A stretch of 64,000 bases of DNA from Okamejei kenojei (Eukaryota), in NCBI GenBank assembly GCA_035221665.1, contig CM069143.1:51150001-51214000 (forward strand), written 5' to 3'. The translations under genes and the position numbers were made by a program. The notes under the pieces were generated by a model. The model saw only the letters and a program-made list of their open reading frames with translations, was not told the origin of the DNA and did no database searches. Below, piece after piece: positions 1 to 12,340 of the stretch. The stretch's first letter is position 1, and the number at the start of each line of letters is the position of its first letter.

Positions 1-2838
1 GTAAATCGGATTATGCATTTTGCTTTGATTTGTCATTTCTGTGAAGCTGACCTTAGTGTGAAACTTTACTCGGTGCAGATAGAATATGCCATAATTTCTA
101 AACCTCGGCTTTAGATTGGAAGAGCCATTGACCAGCCTTAGATTGAAATTAAAACAAGTAATAAAACTTCAGAAGGAGCCCAGCTTGTAGTTTTGCAGAA
201 CACTTTATCTCCTTCCTCTAAAGTAATTGGCTGAAGTCCAAATACTATTACATCAACTAGCAAACTGCAAATCACTAATTCCTCTTTATTTACTCTTTTG
301 AAAGTTGCTTCTGTTGGTGCAATTTAGATCTGGACAACATACTTCAGGTTCACTCTGCTGTGAGACTAATTAACAGCCAGCAATTGAAGCAAATTAACAA
401 CCACAATTTGCTTCTTATTCAATGTGGACATGATATCTGTTTTATAGAATTACAGTATTATCAAGTGAAGGCTTCTAGGACTCGCAGTTATTTCACTTCT
501 CTATCACGAGACAAAGCTGCCTGGTGAGTATGGTATTCAATGTGCTTGCTCCTTTTTTAATGATTAGTATGGAACTAATTTAAACCATTCTCGACAAAAT
601 AAGTGAGCATCCCACATACGAAAGGGAAAGAAAGACATTACAAAACTTTTTGGAGCAAAGAATTAATGCTAAATGTGGTAATGAAATGAGTTAAAGGCAC
701 AACAGTGAGTTTGTTTCACAATGTAAAGAGATAAAAGACCAATGAATCTGGAAGGGTGGCATGTTGATTTGCCCATTTTGAGAGTTGGAGAACTTCTTTG
801 GTCTTCATTTGAATTATGCCATTGAATCAGACATGTACTTCTGAGACTATTCGTTATTTAATATTTTATCTGAAAGGTAGCTTCTTTGATGGTCTAGTAT
901 TCTCTCCTTACTCTGATGTGTTTGAATATTATTTGTTTAAATGCTTTAAAACATTTTCAGAAGGTGATCACTGAATGAGAGACCAAAGGCAGTGTCAAAT
1001 TGCTGAGTTGGGATTGAGGTTAGCTAAACTCAGGGTGTGATTAATAATATTCTGTGGGAATATATCTGTGGACACATTGGGGTTCAGCATCAGTTATCTG
1101 GCTCTGGCAGCATCAAACACACGTGAAATTCTTATAAGCCAGTCGAATTGAAAATCTCAATATGTAAGAAATGAATAAAAATGGATTCCATGTTAGTTTC
1201 CTTGTTGCTGTTTGAAAAATTCAATTAATTTCAATGTAATTCCTTCATAACAAGGTAAAATAATATGTTTGATAGAAAACAGCAAATGCCCAAACAAGTT
1301 TTGTTGACACATTCCGCAGTTTCCCTGAATCACATTTAGACTGATTATAACTAAAAAGTTACTGCTATAAACTATCGGCAAACTAATTCCACAGAGACCC
1401 TTACTGTTTTTGCTTGGTGAATTTGTGATTAGTGAGGTTTTGAAGTGCAAATCAATTGGAATTCTGTATAAGAACTCAACATTTATCAATAATTTATGTA
1501 GATTGCTGTCAGTAATGTATCCTGAAATTTATTCTGGAAGTTCCTTTGCTTTGATCTGTATTACTTATCAAAGCTCGTTCACATTAGAGAAAAGTCAGTA
1601 ATATCAACTAACAAACAATTATTTACAGCTATTTAACTTGAAAAATGACACATTTAAAAAAAAGCAGTCTTTATTGTGGCTTCCTTTGCTGAGACAGACT
1701 ATTTCTTATAGAAACATACAGAAAAATATACAAACCTCAACATTTAAACATTTGTACTAACAATTGAAACAAGGAAATGGCAGATCGGTTAAATTAGTAC
1801 TTTTGGTTCTGTCTTCACTAAGGAAAACACAAACGATTTCCCAGAAATACTAAGGGACTGACGATCTAGTGGTAGGGAGGAACTAAAGGGAATCCACATT
1901 AGTCAGGAAATGGTGTTGGTAAACTGTTGGGACTGAAGGCATATAAATGCCCTGGGCCTGATGGTCTGCATCCCAGAGTACTCAAAGAGGTGACCCTAGA
2001 AATCGTGGATGCATTAGTGATAATTTTTGAATCTTCTCTCAACTCTGGATCAGTTCCTGTGGACTGGGGGGCAGCCAATGTAACTCCACTTTTTAAGAAA
2101 GGAAGGAGAGAGAAAACGGGGAATTATAGATCAGTTAGCCTTACATCGGTAGTGTGGAAGAGACTTGAGTCGATTGTTAAAGATGTTACAGCAGTGCATT
2201 TGGAAAGCAGTGACAAGGTCGGTCAAAGTCAGTATGGATTTATGAATGAAGAAATCATGCTTGATTAATCTTCTGGAATTTTTTGAGGATGTAACAAGTA
2301 GAATGGATAAACCAGTGGATGTGGTGTATCTGGACTTTCAAAAAAACGTTGGCAAGGTCCCACACAAGAGATTAAAGTGCAAAATTAGAGCACATGGTAT
2401 TGGGGGTAGGGTATTGATATGGATAGAGATCTTCTCTCATCTCCAGAGATGCTGCCTATCCCACTGAGTTACTCCAGCATTTTGTGTCTTCCTTGGGTAG
2501 AGAACTGGTTGGCAGACAGGAAGTAAAGAGTAGGAATTAACGGGTCCTTTTCAGAATGACAGGCTATGACTAGTGGGGTGCCGCATATATATACAATATA
2601 TATTAACGATTTAGACGAGGGAATTGAGGAAGGACATTATTACTATTGAGGGAGTAGGTTCACCAGGTTAATTCCCGTGATGGCGGGACTGACATATGGT
2701 GAAAGAATAGGTCGACTGGGTCTGTATTCACTGGAATTTAGAAGGGTGAGAGGAGATCTTATAGAAACATATAACAATCTTAAAGTATTGGACAGGCTAG
2801 ATGCAGGAAAAATGTGCTCCAAAAATGGGGAATTTTCC
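1..2838 (+). repeat. Tandem segmental duplication, copy A (begins before the window)
   Basis: 1-2838 aligns by eye with 3054-~6710 (e.g. gtaaatcggattatgcattttgct at 1 vs gtaaattggattatgcattttgct at 3054), including the same CR1 junction (1767 vs 5410). There are many substitutions and small indels. Confidence 0.92.
1767..2838 (+). mobile_element. CR1-clade LINE ORF2 fragment, degraded and internally deleted
   Basis: ORFs 1927-2268 and 2246-2467 carry the CR1 RT motifs KCPGPDGLHPRVLKE and [10 protein letters not shown]; C-terminal LGLYSLEFRRVRGDLIETY follows. Confidence 0.9.
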
Positions 2839-3053
2839 CCGTCATTGTTCTTGGTACGTTTTGCATGGGGAGTGACTTCATTATGTGGGTGTCTGACAGG
2901 GGAAATATATTATCTATGCAAGGTCAATTATTGCAGTAATGTTATACTTGAAGAAAAGTTGTTTACTTTGCACATAATGCTGAAAGAAACCATGTTATTA
3001 ATCAAATTTCTGGGCTTTGCCTCCCTGACACTGACAGTTTCCTTTGTTAGTAG

Positions 3054-6000
3054 GTAAATTGGATTATGCATTTTGCTCCTGGTTTGTCACTCCTGTATTT
3101 CTGTGAAGCTGACCTTTGTGTGAAACTTTACTCGGTGCAGATAGAAGAAGTCATAATTTCTGAACCTCAGCTTTTGATTGGAAGAGCCATTGACCAGCCT
3201 TAGATTGAAATTGAAACTTACGTAATAAAACTTCAGAAGGAGCCCAGCTTGTAGTTTTGATGTGCAGAACACTTTTTCTCCTTCCTCTAAATTAATTGGC
3301 TGGAGTCCAACTATTTTTACATCAACTAGCAAACTGCAAATCATTAATTCCACTTTTTTTTAAACTCTTTTGAAAGTTGCTTCTGTTGGGCACAATATAG
3401 ATCTGGACAACATACTTCAGGTTCACTTTGCTGTGGACTTAATTAACTGCCAGCCAGCAAAATTTGCTTATAATTCAATGTGGACATGATATCTGTTTTA
3501 TGGAATTACAGTATCATCAGTGACGGCTTCTAGGACTCGCAGTTACATCACTTCTCTTATCAAGAGACAGCTGCCTGGTGAGTATGATATTCAATGTGCT
3601 TGGTTTTTTTTATGATTAGAGATGAACTCATTTAAACCATTCTTGATCAATAAGTGAGCATCCCACATACGAAAGGGAAAGAAAGACATAGCAAAACTTT
3701 TTGGAGCAAAGAATTGCTTAATATAGTCATGAAATAAGTTAAAGGCACAACAGTGAGTTTGTCTCACAATGTAATGAAGTATAAGACCAATTAATCTGGA
3801 AAGGTGATCTGTTGATTTGCCCAGTTTGAGAGTTTGAGAACTTCTTATGTCTTTACTGAATTGTGCCTTTGAATCAGACATGTACTTCTGAGACGGTAGA
3901 TCTATTCCTGATTAAATATTTTATCTGAAAGATAGCTTCTTTGAGTGTCTAGTATTCTTTCCTTACTCTGATATGCTTTAAAACGTTTTCAGAAGGTGAT
4001 CACTGTAAAGTTCACTGATGACTATGAGAGACTGAAAGCAGTCAAATTGCAGAGTTGGGATTGAGGTTAGCTAAATTTAGGGTGTGATTAATAATATTCT
4101 GTGGGAATATATCTATGGACACATTGGGGTTCAGCATCAGTTATCTGGCTCTGGCAGCATCAAAGACATGTGAAATTCTTAATAAGCTAGTTGAATTGAA
4201 AATCTCAATATTTAATAAATAAATAAAAATGGATTCCTTGTTACTGATTGAAAATTTCAATTAATTTTGACATCATTCCATCATAACAAGGTAAAAATAA
4301 TTTTTTTGATAGAAAACAGATAATGTCCAAACCAATTGTGTTGACACATTCTGCAGTATCCCTGAATCACATTTAGACTGATTATAACTAAAAAGTTACT
4401 GCTGTGAAAACTAATTCCACAGAGACCCTAAAGGGCTCGTCCCACTTAGGCAATCTTTTATGCGACTACAGATGAGTATGCGGTCAACACATAGTCGCCA
4501 CATGTTCGCTGGTGGTTGCCGGGATGTCACCTGCATGGTCGTGAATAGTTTCCTCAGTTTCGAAACAAGTCATAACGTCATTCTGGTCGCCGCTAATTTT
4601 TCAACATTAGCGGCGACATTTGTTTTGACCCCATGGATCGTAGTTTGTAATCTCGTGCCATAGGTGTGGTGGTAGTAGGTCGCCAGGATGACGTAGGTTG
4701 TCGCCAGGTAACGTAGGTTATCGCCGGTGGTGACCACGGTGAATACCATTGGCGACTACCTACGTCAACCTATGTCAACCATCTTCAGTTGTCGCCAACA
4801 GGGTCGTTGCTTGTCGTAGCTTGTTGCGGATGGACGTAGGTTGACTTTGGTTGTCATAGGTTGTCGCCTGTGTGGTCGTAGGTTGTCGTAGGTGGACATC
4901 CTAATGGGTCGCCGGTTGTCGGTAGCTTGCCGTAGCTTGACGTCGACTAGGTGGTAGGTTGTTGTAGCTTGTCGTAGACATTGTCGTAGGGTGGTCAACT
5001 ATGGCAGTCGCCTAAAAAATTGCCTAAGTGGGACAGGCCCTTTCCTATTTTTGCTATGGTGAATTTGTGATTAGTGAGGTTTTGAAGTGCAAATCAATTG
5101 GACTTCTCTATAAGAACTCAACATTTATCAATTATTTTGTATAGATTGCTGTCAGCAATTTATCCTGAAATGTATTTTCTGGAAGTTAATTTGCTTTGAT
5201 CTATCTTACTTATCAAAGCTCGTTCACAATGGAGAAAAGTCTGTAATATATACTAACAAACATTTATTTACAACTATTTAACTTGAAAAATGACATATTT
5301 TTAAAGAAGCATTATTTATATAGTTTTGCTGAGACATGCTTCTTATTATTATAGAAACATACAGAAAAATATACAAACCCCTACATTGAAGCATTTGTAC
5401 TAACAATTGAAACAAGGAAATGGCAGAACAGTTAAATTAGTACTTTGGTTCTGTCTTCACTAAGGAAAACACAAACAATTTCCCAGACATACCAGGGGAC
5501 CGAGGATCTAGTGGGAGGGAGGAACTGAAGGGAATCCACATTAGTCTGGAAATGGTGTCGGGTAAACTATTGGGATTGAAGGCAGATAAATCCCCAGGAC
5601 CTGATAGTCTGCATCCCAGAGTACTCAAGGAGGTGGCCCTAGAAATTGTGGCTGCATTGTTGATCATTTTCGAATATTTTCTCGACCCTGGATCAGTTTC
5701 TGTGACTGGAGGGTGGCCAATGTAACTCCACTTTTTAAGAAAGGAGGGAGAGAGAAAACGGGGAATTATAGACCAGTTAACTTTACATCAGTAGTGGGGA
5801 AGATGCTTGAGTTGAGGGGAAATCATGCTTGACTAATCTTCTGGAATTTTTTGAGGGTGTAGCAAGCAGAATGGATAAGGGAGAACCAGTAGATGTGGTG
5901 TATCTGGACTTTGATAATGTCCCACACAGGAGATTCGTGTGCAAAATGAGAGCACATGCTATTGTGGGTAGGGAATTGACGTGGATAGAGAGCTAGTTGG

Positions 6001-6710
6001 CAGACAGGAAGAAAATAATCAGATTTATTGGGTTCTTTTCTGAATGGCAGGCAATGACTAGTGGGGTGCCGCAAGGCTCGGTACTGGGAACCCAGTCATT
6101 TGCAATATATATTAACGATTTACACATGGGAATTAAATGTGACATCTCCAAGTTTGCAGATGACACAAAGCTGGGTGGCAGTGTGAGCTGTAAGGAGGAT
6201 GCTATGAGGTTACAGGGTGACTTGAATAGGTTGGGTGAGTGGGCAGATGTATGTCAGATGCAGTTTAATGTGGATAAATGTGAGGTGGCAAGAACAGGAA
6301 GGCGGATTATTATCTGAATGGTGTCAGTTTAGGAAAAGGGGAAGTGCATCGAGATCTGTGTGTGCTTGTACATGTCACTGAAAGTTAGCATGCAAGTACA
6401 GTAGGCAGTGAAGAAAGCTAATGGCATGTTGGCCTTTATTGCAAGAGGATTTGAGTTTAGGAGCAAGAAAGTCCTACTGCAGTAGTGCAGGGCGCTGGTG
6501 CGACCGCACCTGGAGTATTGTGTGCAATTTTGGTCTCTTAATTTGAGGAAGGACATTATTGTTATTGATGGAGTGCAGCGTATTTACTTCAGGGTATTAT
6601 CCAGGTTAATTACTGGGATGGCAGAATTTAGAAGGTTGAGAGGAGATCTTATAGAAACATATTAAATTCTTAAAGGATTGGACAGGCTCGATGCAGGCCA
6701 GATTTTCCCG
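3054..6710 (+). repeat. Tandem segmental duplication, copy B
   Basis: Collinear with 1-2838 apart from a MITE inserted at 4432-5041 and a less-deleted CR1. Confidence 0.9.
4432..5041. mobile_element. PIF/Harbinger-type MITE
   Basis: TIRs agggctcgtcccacttagg / cctaagtgggacaggccct; TAA on the left; the empty site in duplicate copy A is TTA at 1401-1403; internal GTCGTAG-like subrepeats. Confidence 0.88.
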
Positions 6711-7032
6711 GTTTTGGGGGAGTTCTGAACCAGAGGTCACCGTTTAAGAATAAGGGGTAGGCCATTTAGGACTGAGATGAAGAAAAACTTTTTCACCCAG
6801 AGAGTTGTGAATCTGTGAAATTCTCTGTTCTAGAAGGCAGTGGAGGCCAATTCACTGGATATTTTCAAGAGAGAGTTAGCTCTTAGTTCTAATGGAATCA
6901 AGGGATATAGGGAAAAAGCAGGAATGGGGTACTGATTTTAGATGATCAGCCATGATCATATTGAATGGCAGTGCTGGTTCGAAGGGCTAAGTGGCCTACT
7001 CCTGCACTTGTTTTCGATGTTTCTTTGTTTCT
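5410..7032 (+). mobile_element. CR1 LINE, 5'-truncated, with 3' tail
   Basis: ORF 5997-6317 has [10 protein letters not shown] and [10 protein letters not shown]; 3' UTR gatcagccatgatcatattgaatgg...cctactcctgcac. Confidence 0.92.
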
Positions 7033-7482
7033 TATTCCTTAAAGCAAATGCAACCAATATTTCTTAACCAAATGTGTTATAGGAGCTGTAATTGTTTTAT
7101 TGTGAATTTCAGTCAGGCACATACAACCACTGAATAATGTAACAAAATAAATTTGCCACAACCAATATCCAAACATCCACAGCCGCATGAACATCAGACT
7201 TAAGTCAAAGTGTGCAGATATCTGCAGTAGGCATTGGTTCCATGAACAAAATACTGCACCATTTATTTATCACCATATCATTGCATAGGACTTCATTCCG
7301 AACCCTGTGAAAGGCACTCAACTCCTGATGTCTTACATAGCTCCTTTGCATCATCTCCTTTCATCATAATCATCAGACTCATAATCATAATCATACTTTA
7401 TTAGCTAAGTATGTTTTGCAACGTACGAGGAATTTGATTCGCCATACAGTCATACCAATAATTGGTATCATTGTTTTAAATG

Positions 7483-7605
7483 TAGAAACAGATGCTAGTT
7501 TACACAAAAGGACAATATATGTGGGAGTAACTCAGTGGGTCAGCCAGCATCTCTGGAGAACATGGATAGGTGACGTTTCAGGTTAGGGCATTTCTTCAGA
7601 CTGTT
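7483..7605 (-). mobile_element. Short PLE-terminus-derived repeat
   Basis: gagtaactcag...cagcatctctggagaa...gtgacgtttc...cttcagac matches the PLE terminus at 44054-44150. Confidence 0.65.
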
Positions 7606-8234
7606 GCCTGTTTTAAATGCCTATGAGGAACTTAATTGGACCAATGTACTTTTATGTATTGGCTATCAGCTCTAATTGATTAAAATCCTGCAGGTGTGCA
7701 TCAAAGTTTCTGGTGTGCTGTGTAATTCTTTATCAATGTTTCCTATGTTTGTTTTTCTTCTGTTAACTCGCTGTCTCTGCAAAATAAATTATAAGAATGA
7801 GTGCTATTTTATAATCACTTAACCTGCTAGTAAATCTAATGAAATCATTGGACATGATCAAGTTCAACATGGGCTGTTACCCCGATTGGCATCCATGCTA
7901 ATACCTGGCTACACATAGTTGCTGTAGTCATTGATGCTACACTAAATGGCCTTTAATTACTTGGATTATCCCTGCAGCTCTTGAATAAAGGTTTCCACAT
8001 ACCATCTCCTTATATAAGAAGAATTCAAGAGGACGGAGTTGACAAAAATGGATCAAGCATAATTAATTGCAAATAAGTCCATATGCAACCAGAGAGAGAC
8101 ATTAAAAAGTGAAATAACAAGAGGTCAGAGCCAACATATTCCAGTATTGAGTGAAAGGTAAGGCCAACATGTTCAAGGGCAGTTTGGTAAATTGGATCCA
8201 AAACTGTATTTAGGATCAAAAAACAGCAGTTTTA

Positions 8235-9192
8235 AGAGGTGTTATTGAGGGGCTGCTTTTCTGGATGAAGACCTGTGACCAGTGGTGAAAAAACTAAGAT
8301 GGATGCTGGGACTCTTAATGTTTATAATATACATTGACAACTTGGACGTGAATATAAGAGCTATAATAAATACAAACATTGGTGGTGTTGTAGATATTGA
8401 GCAAGTTTGTTCTAAGACTACGCCTTGACATGGATTAACTGGAGAAATGGGCAGAGCAATGGCAAATAAAAATTAATCCAGGCAAGTGCAAGGTGATGCA
8501 ATTTTGGGAGGAGAAACAAGGGTGAGACATACAGAGTAAAGGATACAGCCTCAGAGAGTGTTCATGAATTGAGGGTCCTTGGTGTACAAGTCCAAGGATC
8601 TCTGAAAGTGGCAGCACAGATGGATAAAATGGTGAAGAAAGAATGTGGATGTTTATTCTCATAGAATATAAAAGCTGGGATGTCATGATGCAACTTTATA
8701 AAACATTGGTTAGGACACACCTAGATTACACCTACACACCTGCAGTTCTGGTTGGCACACTAAAGGAATGATGTGTTTGCACCCGAGATGAGCTTCACCA
8801 GGATGCTGCTGGAACTGGAGCACTTTAGTCATAAAACTAACCTGATAGGCTGGGTTGATTCTCCCTGTTAAATCCATGGTACAGTAAATAAAAATATGAG
8901 GTAAATAGATAGGGTAGATAGTAAAAATCTTCTTCCTACGGTGAGTGTTTTCAAGACAAGAGACATTAGAGTTAATAAGTATGAGGAAGAGAGGGGAGAG
9001 GGGAATGTGTTCAGCAGAGGGTTGACATCTGGAATGTGTGGTCAGATGAGATGGTGAAGGCAGATATACTCTTGAGAAGCATCTAGATAAGTACTTGGAG
9101 TGGCATAGAAGAGGACCTAACGTGGGGAAATGATTTCTGTAGATAGGTACGATGAGAGATGTAGTAAGCTGAAGGGCCTACTTCTGTTCTGT
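8235..9192 (+). mobile_element. Old degraded CR1 LINE 3' portion
   Basis: Decayed RT and 3' UTR motifs (gcagagcaatggcaaat, aagtgcaaggtgatgcaattttgg, ctgaagggcctacttctg). Confidence 0.7.
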
Positions 9193-9259
9193 AGAGACAT
9201 AGGGCAATGATAGAAGATTGTATTTGCAGGAAGCCTGTGAGAGGGTGTACTTCAGAGAT

Positions 9260-9416
9260 NNNNNNNNNNNNNNNNNNNNNNNNNNNNNNNNNNNNNNNNN
9301 NNNNNNNNNNNNNNNNNNNNNNNNNNNNNNNNNNNNNNNNNNNNNNNNNNNNNNNNNNNNNNNNNNNNNNNNNNNNNNNNNNNNNNNNNNNNNNNNNNNN
9401 NNNNNNNNNNNNNNNN
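9260..9416. other. Assembly gap (157 N)
   Basis: Run of N. Confidence 1.
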
Positions 9417-10122
9417 AATTTAGAGACTTGTCATTTGCAGCGCACCAATAAAAATAAGACACAACATTCAATCATTTAGCAATACACATAAAAACATCCC
9501 CCCACAATGGTTCCCACTGCAAGGGAAGGCAGCAAAGTCCAGTCCTATGCCCTGTTCACCCATGGTCGGGCCTATTGAGGCCTCTGCAGTCGCCGCTACG
9601 GCAGCCTGATGCTTCAGGCCCTCTCGCCGGATGATGGAACTCCGGCGTCGGCAGAACGCTCTCAGCGGCTTGGAGTGTCTGGAACGGCCGCTTCCTCCCC
9701 GGAGACCGCGGCTCCCGAAGTCCCTGGGCCACACTGGTCGGAGCTCTGATACTGGTTAACTCGGCGAGAGATCCCAGGCTCCGTGGTGTTGGTGTCGGCG
9801 GTCTCAGCACTCCGAAGCCCACTGCGCGGCGACCCGGGTAAGGCAATGCCTGCTCCGTGATGGTGCTGCCACCGAAGCTGAAGTCCTGGCCGGTCCCGGC
9901 AGGAAATGGTAGGCCGCGAGGAAGGGGCGAAGATACGGCTCGGAGAAAAGCCGCATCTCCGACCAGGTCGGGACTGAGAAAAACAGTTTCCCCCTTCCCT
10001 CCCCCCCTCCACATAAAAAAGATTAGTCCTCCAAAACAAACACTTTTTAACACTAAACATTTTTTTAAAGGGTGAAAGTTCTAACAGCTGCAAGCAGGGC
10101 AGCCATACTCGACGGCGCTCCC
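9417..10122 (-). mobile_element. GC/CpG-rich non-autonomous retroelement, related to 41001-41873 and 60236-61100
   Basis: Shares blocks with 41001-41873 in reverse orientation (ccccacaatggttcccact, cctattgaggcctc..cagtcgccgctacg, cacataaaaa..gattag). Confidence 0.75.
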
Positions 10123-10189
10123 TATATGCCTAACCCATCCAAAGGGAACTTTGGAATTAATGATTTGATGTGAATGTAGGAGGTACTGA

Positions 10190-11275
10190 GGTTTAGGTTT
10201 ATTATTGTCACATATACCAAGGTGCAGTGAAAATCTTTTGTTTATCATGCTATCCAAGCAAATCAGATAATACATCCATAAATACAATCAAGCCTAATCA
10301 AATACAATAGGTAGAACAAAGGGGAAGATATAGTGCAGAATATAGTTCTCGGCATTGTAATGCACCAGTTCCATAGACAAAGTATTTTGTCCACAATGAC
10401 GTAAAGGTGAATCAGACAGTACCCTAGCTTATGTTCAGAAGCCTGATAACAGAGATGAAGAAGCTGTTCCTCTGGTGGTGCATGTTTTCAAGCACCTTCT
10501 GCCCAACAGGAGCAGGGAGAAGAAGGAATGATTGGTATGGGACAAGTCTTTGATTATGTTGTCTGCTTTTTCCTTGGCAGTGTGATGTAGATGGAGTCCA
10601 TGATGCAAAGTGTGTAGTTTGTGTGATGGACTGGGTAATCCCCAAACGCTTTGTAATTATTTGTGGTCTTGGGCAGAGCTGTTCCCAAGCCAAGCTGTTT
10701 GAGAAAGAACTGCAGATGCTGGAAAATTGGAAGGTAGACAAAAATGCTGGAGAAACTCAGCAGGTGAGGCAGCATCTATGGAGTGAAGGAATAGGTGAAG
10801 TTTTGGGTCGAGACCCTCCTTCAGTTTGAAGAAGGGTCTCGACCCGAAATGTCACCGATTGTCACCTATTCCTTCACTCCATAGGTGCTGCCTCACCTGC
10901 TGAGTTTCTCCAGCATTTTTGTCTACCCAAACCAAGCTTTGATGCATCCTGACAATATGCTTTCTATGGTGCATATGCAGAAGTTTGTAAGACTCACTGG
11001 AGACATGCTGAATTTCCTCAGCCTCCTCAAGCAGGAGAAACGTTGGTGTGCCTTCTTAGCTGTTGCTTTTAAGTGGTTGGTCCACAACTGATCATTGGTA
11101 ATATTAGCACCAAGCTCTCAGCCACTTTGGCACCATGGTTGCCGACTGGGGCATACACTCCACCATGCAGCCTGAAGTCGACAACTAGCTCCTTCGTCTT
11201 GCTGACATTGAGAGAGAGGTTGTTGTCCTGACAACATGTTAATAAGTTTTCCATTTCCTTCGTACTCCATTTATT
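10190..11275 (-). mobile_element. Rex1/Babar LINE 3' fragment, interrupted by a PLE-derived insert
   Basis: ORF 11069-11278 has CQDNNLSLNVSKTKELVVDFR, typical of the Rex1/Babar RT C-terminus; tail gacaataataaacctaaacc on the minus strand. Confidence 0.75.
10697..10925. mobile_element. Inverted (foldback) dimer of PLE terminal repeat
   Basis: gtagacaaaaatgctggagaaactcagcaggtgaggcagca... is inverted to ...tgctgcctcacctgctgagtttctccagcatttttgtctac; TSD cccaa(g/a)ccaagct at 10684-10696 and 10926-10938. Confidence 0.85.
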
Positions 11276-12093
11276 CATGACAAAATCATCAGTTTTCTAT
11301 AGCTACAGGTATTATATCGCTCTGCACAGACTTAATATAATTCATTCATTTCACTGAAAAATCATCCAAACTACATGTAATTAAGATAATGGAATATATA
11401 CTGCTTCCAGTCATTAATGAATATTATGTAGCAATTTATTATTATTATGACTAGCTTGAAAAGTCTTTAAAATGTATGGGAGAATTTGCATAAATTTAGA
11501 TTTCTGTAAGTCAGATCATTTACAAGCAGGGGAGTGTGTGTGTTTGAAGAATATTGCTGACTTGCATTTAAAAGATAGCTAAGAAATGTATTCCCACTTT
11601 GTGGTGGTAAATGCACTGCCATCCTGTCCGAGTATTGTGCTCTGCCTCCACTGACAGGTTCAACTTCAGTGGAATCAATTATTGAGCCAGACGGTAATGT
11701 CCTGATGTGACTATATGTTGCATTTACAACTACAGATTGAGATGAATGTATTGATGGCAAGGCTAATTCTGAAGGTTGTTTCCATTTTCCAATTTGCTTC
11801 CCTTTTCAGCTGGACATCTTTGCCATATGGTCAAAATCATAAATAGAGTAAATGAGTAATAACGAGGAAGTTAGTAAAGAATCTCATTGTGCAACATTTG
11901 CTGTGTGAAATGCTGTGAAATTAATGAAAAATTAACTTCCTGAACTGCTCACGCTTTTTATTCACTTTCCTCAGGTTCAATTTCAGCAATGCATTGATCA
12001 AAATTTCCATCCCTGTGTTTGTGCGAGTCCTGTTCTTAATGTACAAATATAGGGCATTTGTCTTGGAATTGTGAGGAGGAATAGGGACTGATG

Positions 12094-12297
12094 CAGTGAC
12101 TCCAACTCTCCCGCTTTCGGCGGGAGATCGCCCGCTGAAAGGGCATTTTCGCAAAATCTCCCGCTCTCCCGCTTGAGATATAATTTCTCCCGCCCGGGCG
12201 GGAGAAATTATATCTCAAGTGGGAGAGCGGGAGATTTTGCGAAAATGCCCTTTCAGCGGGCGATCTCCCGCCGAAAGCGGGAGAGTTGGAGTCACTG
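12094..12297. mobile_element. 204-bp near-perfect palindromic MITE (CAGTG termini)
   Basis: Two 102-bp arms, one mismatch, no spacer; flanks ctgatg / ctggtg; a one-arm copy is at 63676-63768. Confidence 0.85.
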
Positions 12298-12340
12298 CTG
12301 GTGTATCCCATTAGCCACAAATAGGCACTGATATATCCCA

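Noticed and set aside
9178-9479. ORFs spanning the N run
   Set aside because: Artefacts of the assembly gap.
11467-11760. 97-aa minus-strand ORF in unique sequence
   Set aside because: Non-ATG start, no recognisable homology and no convincing splice sites.
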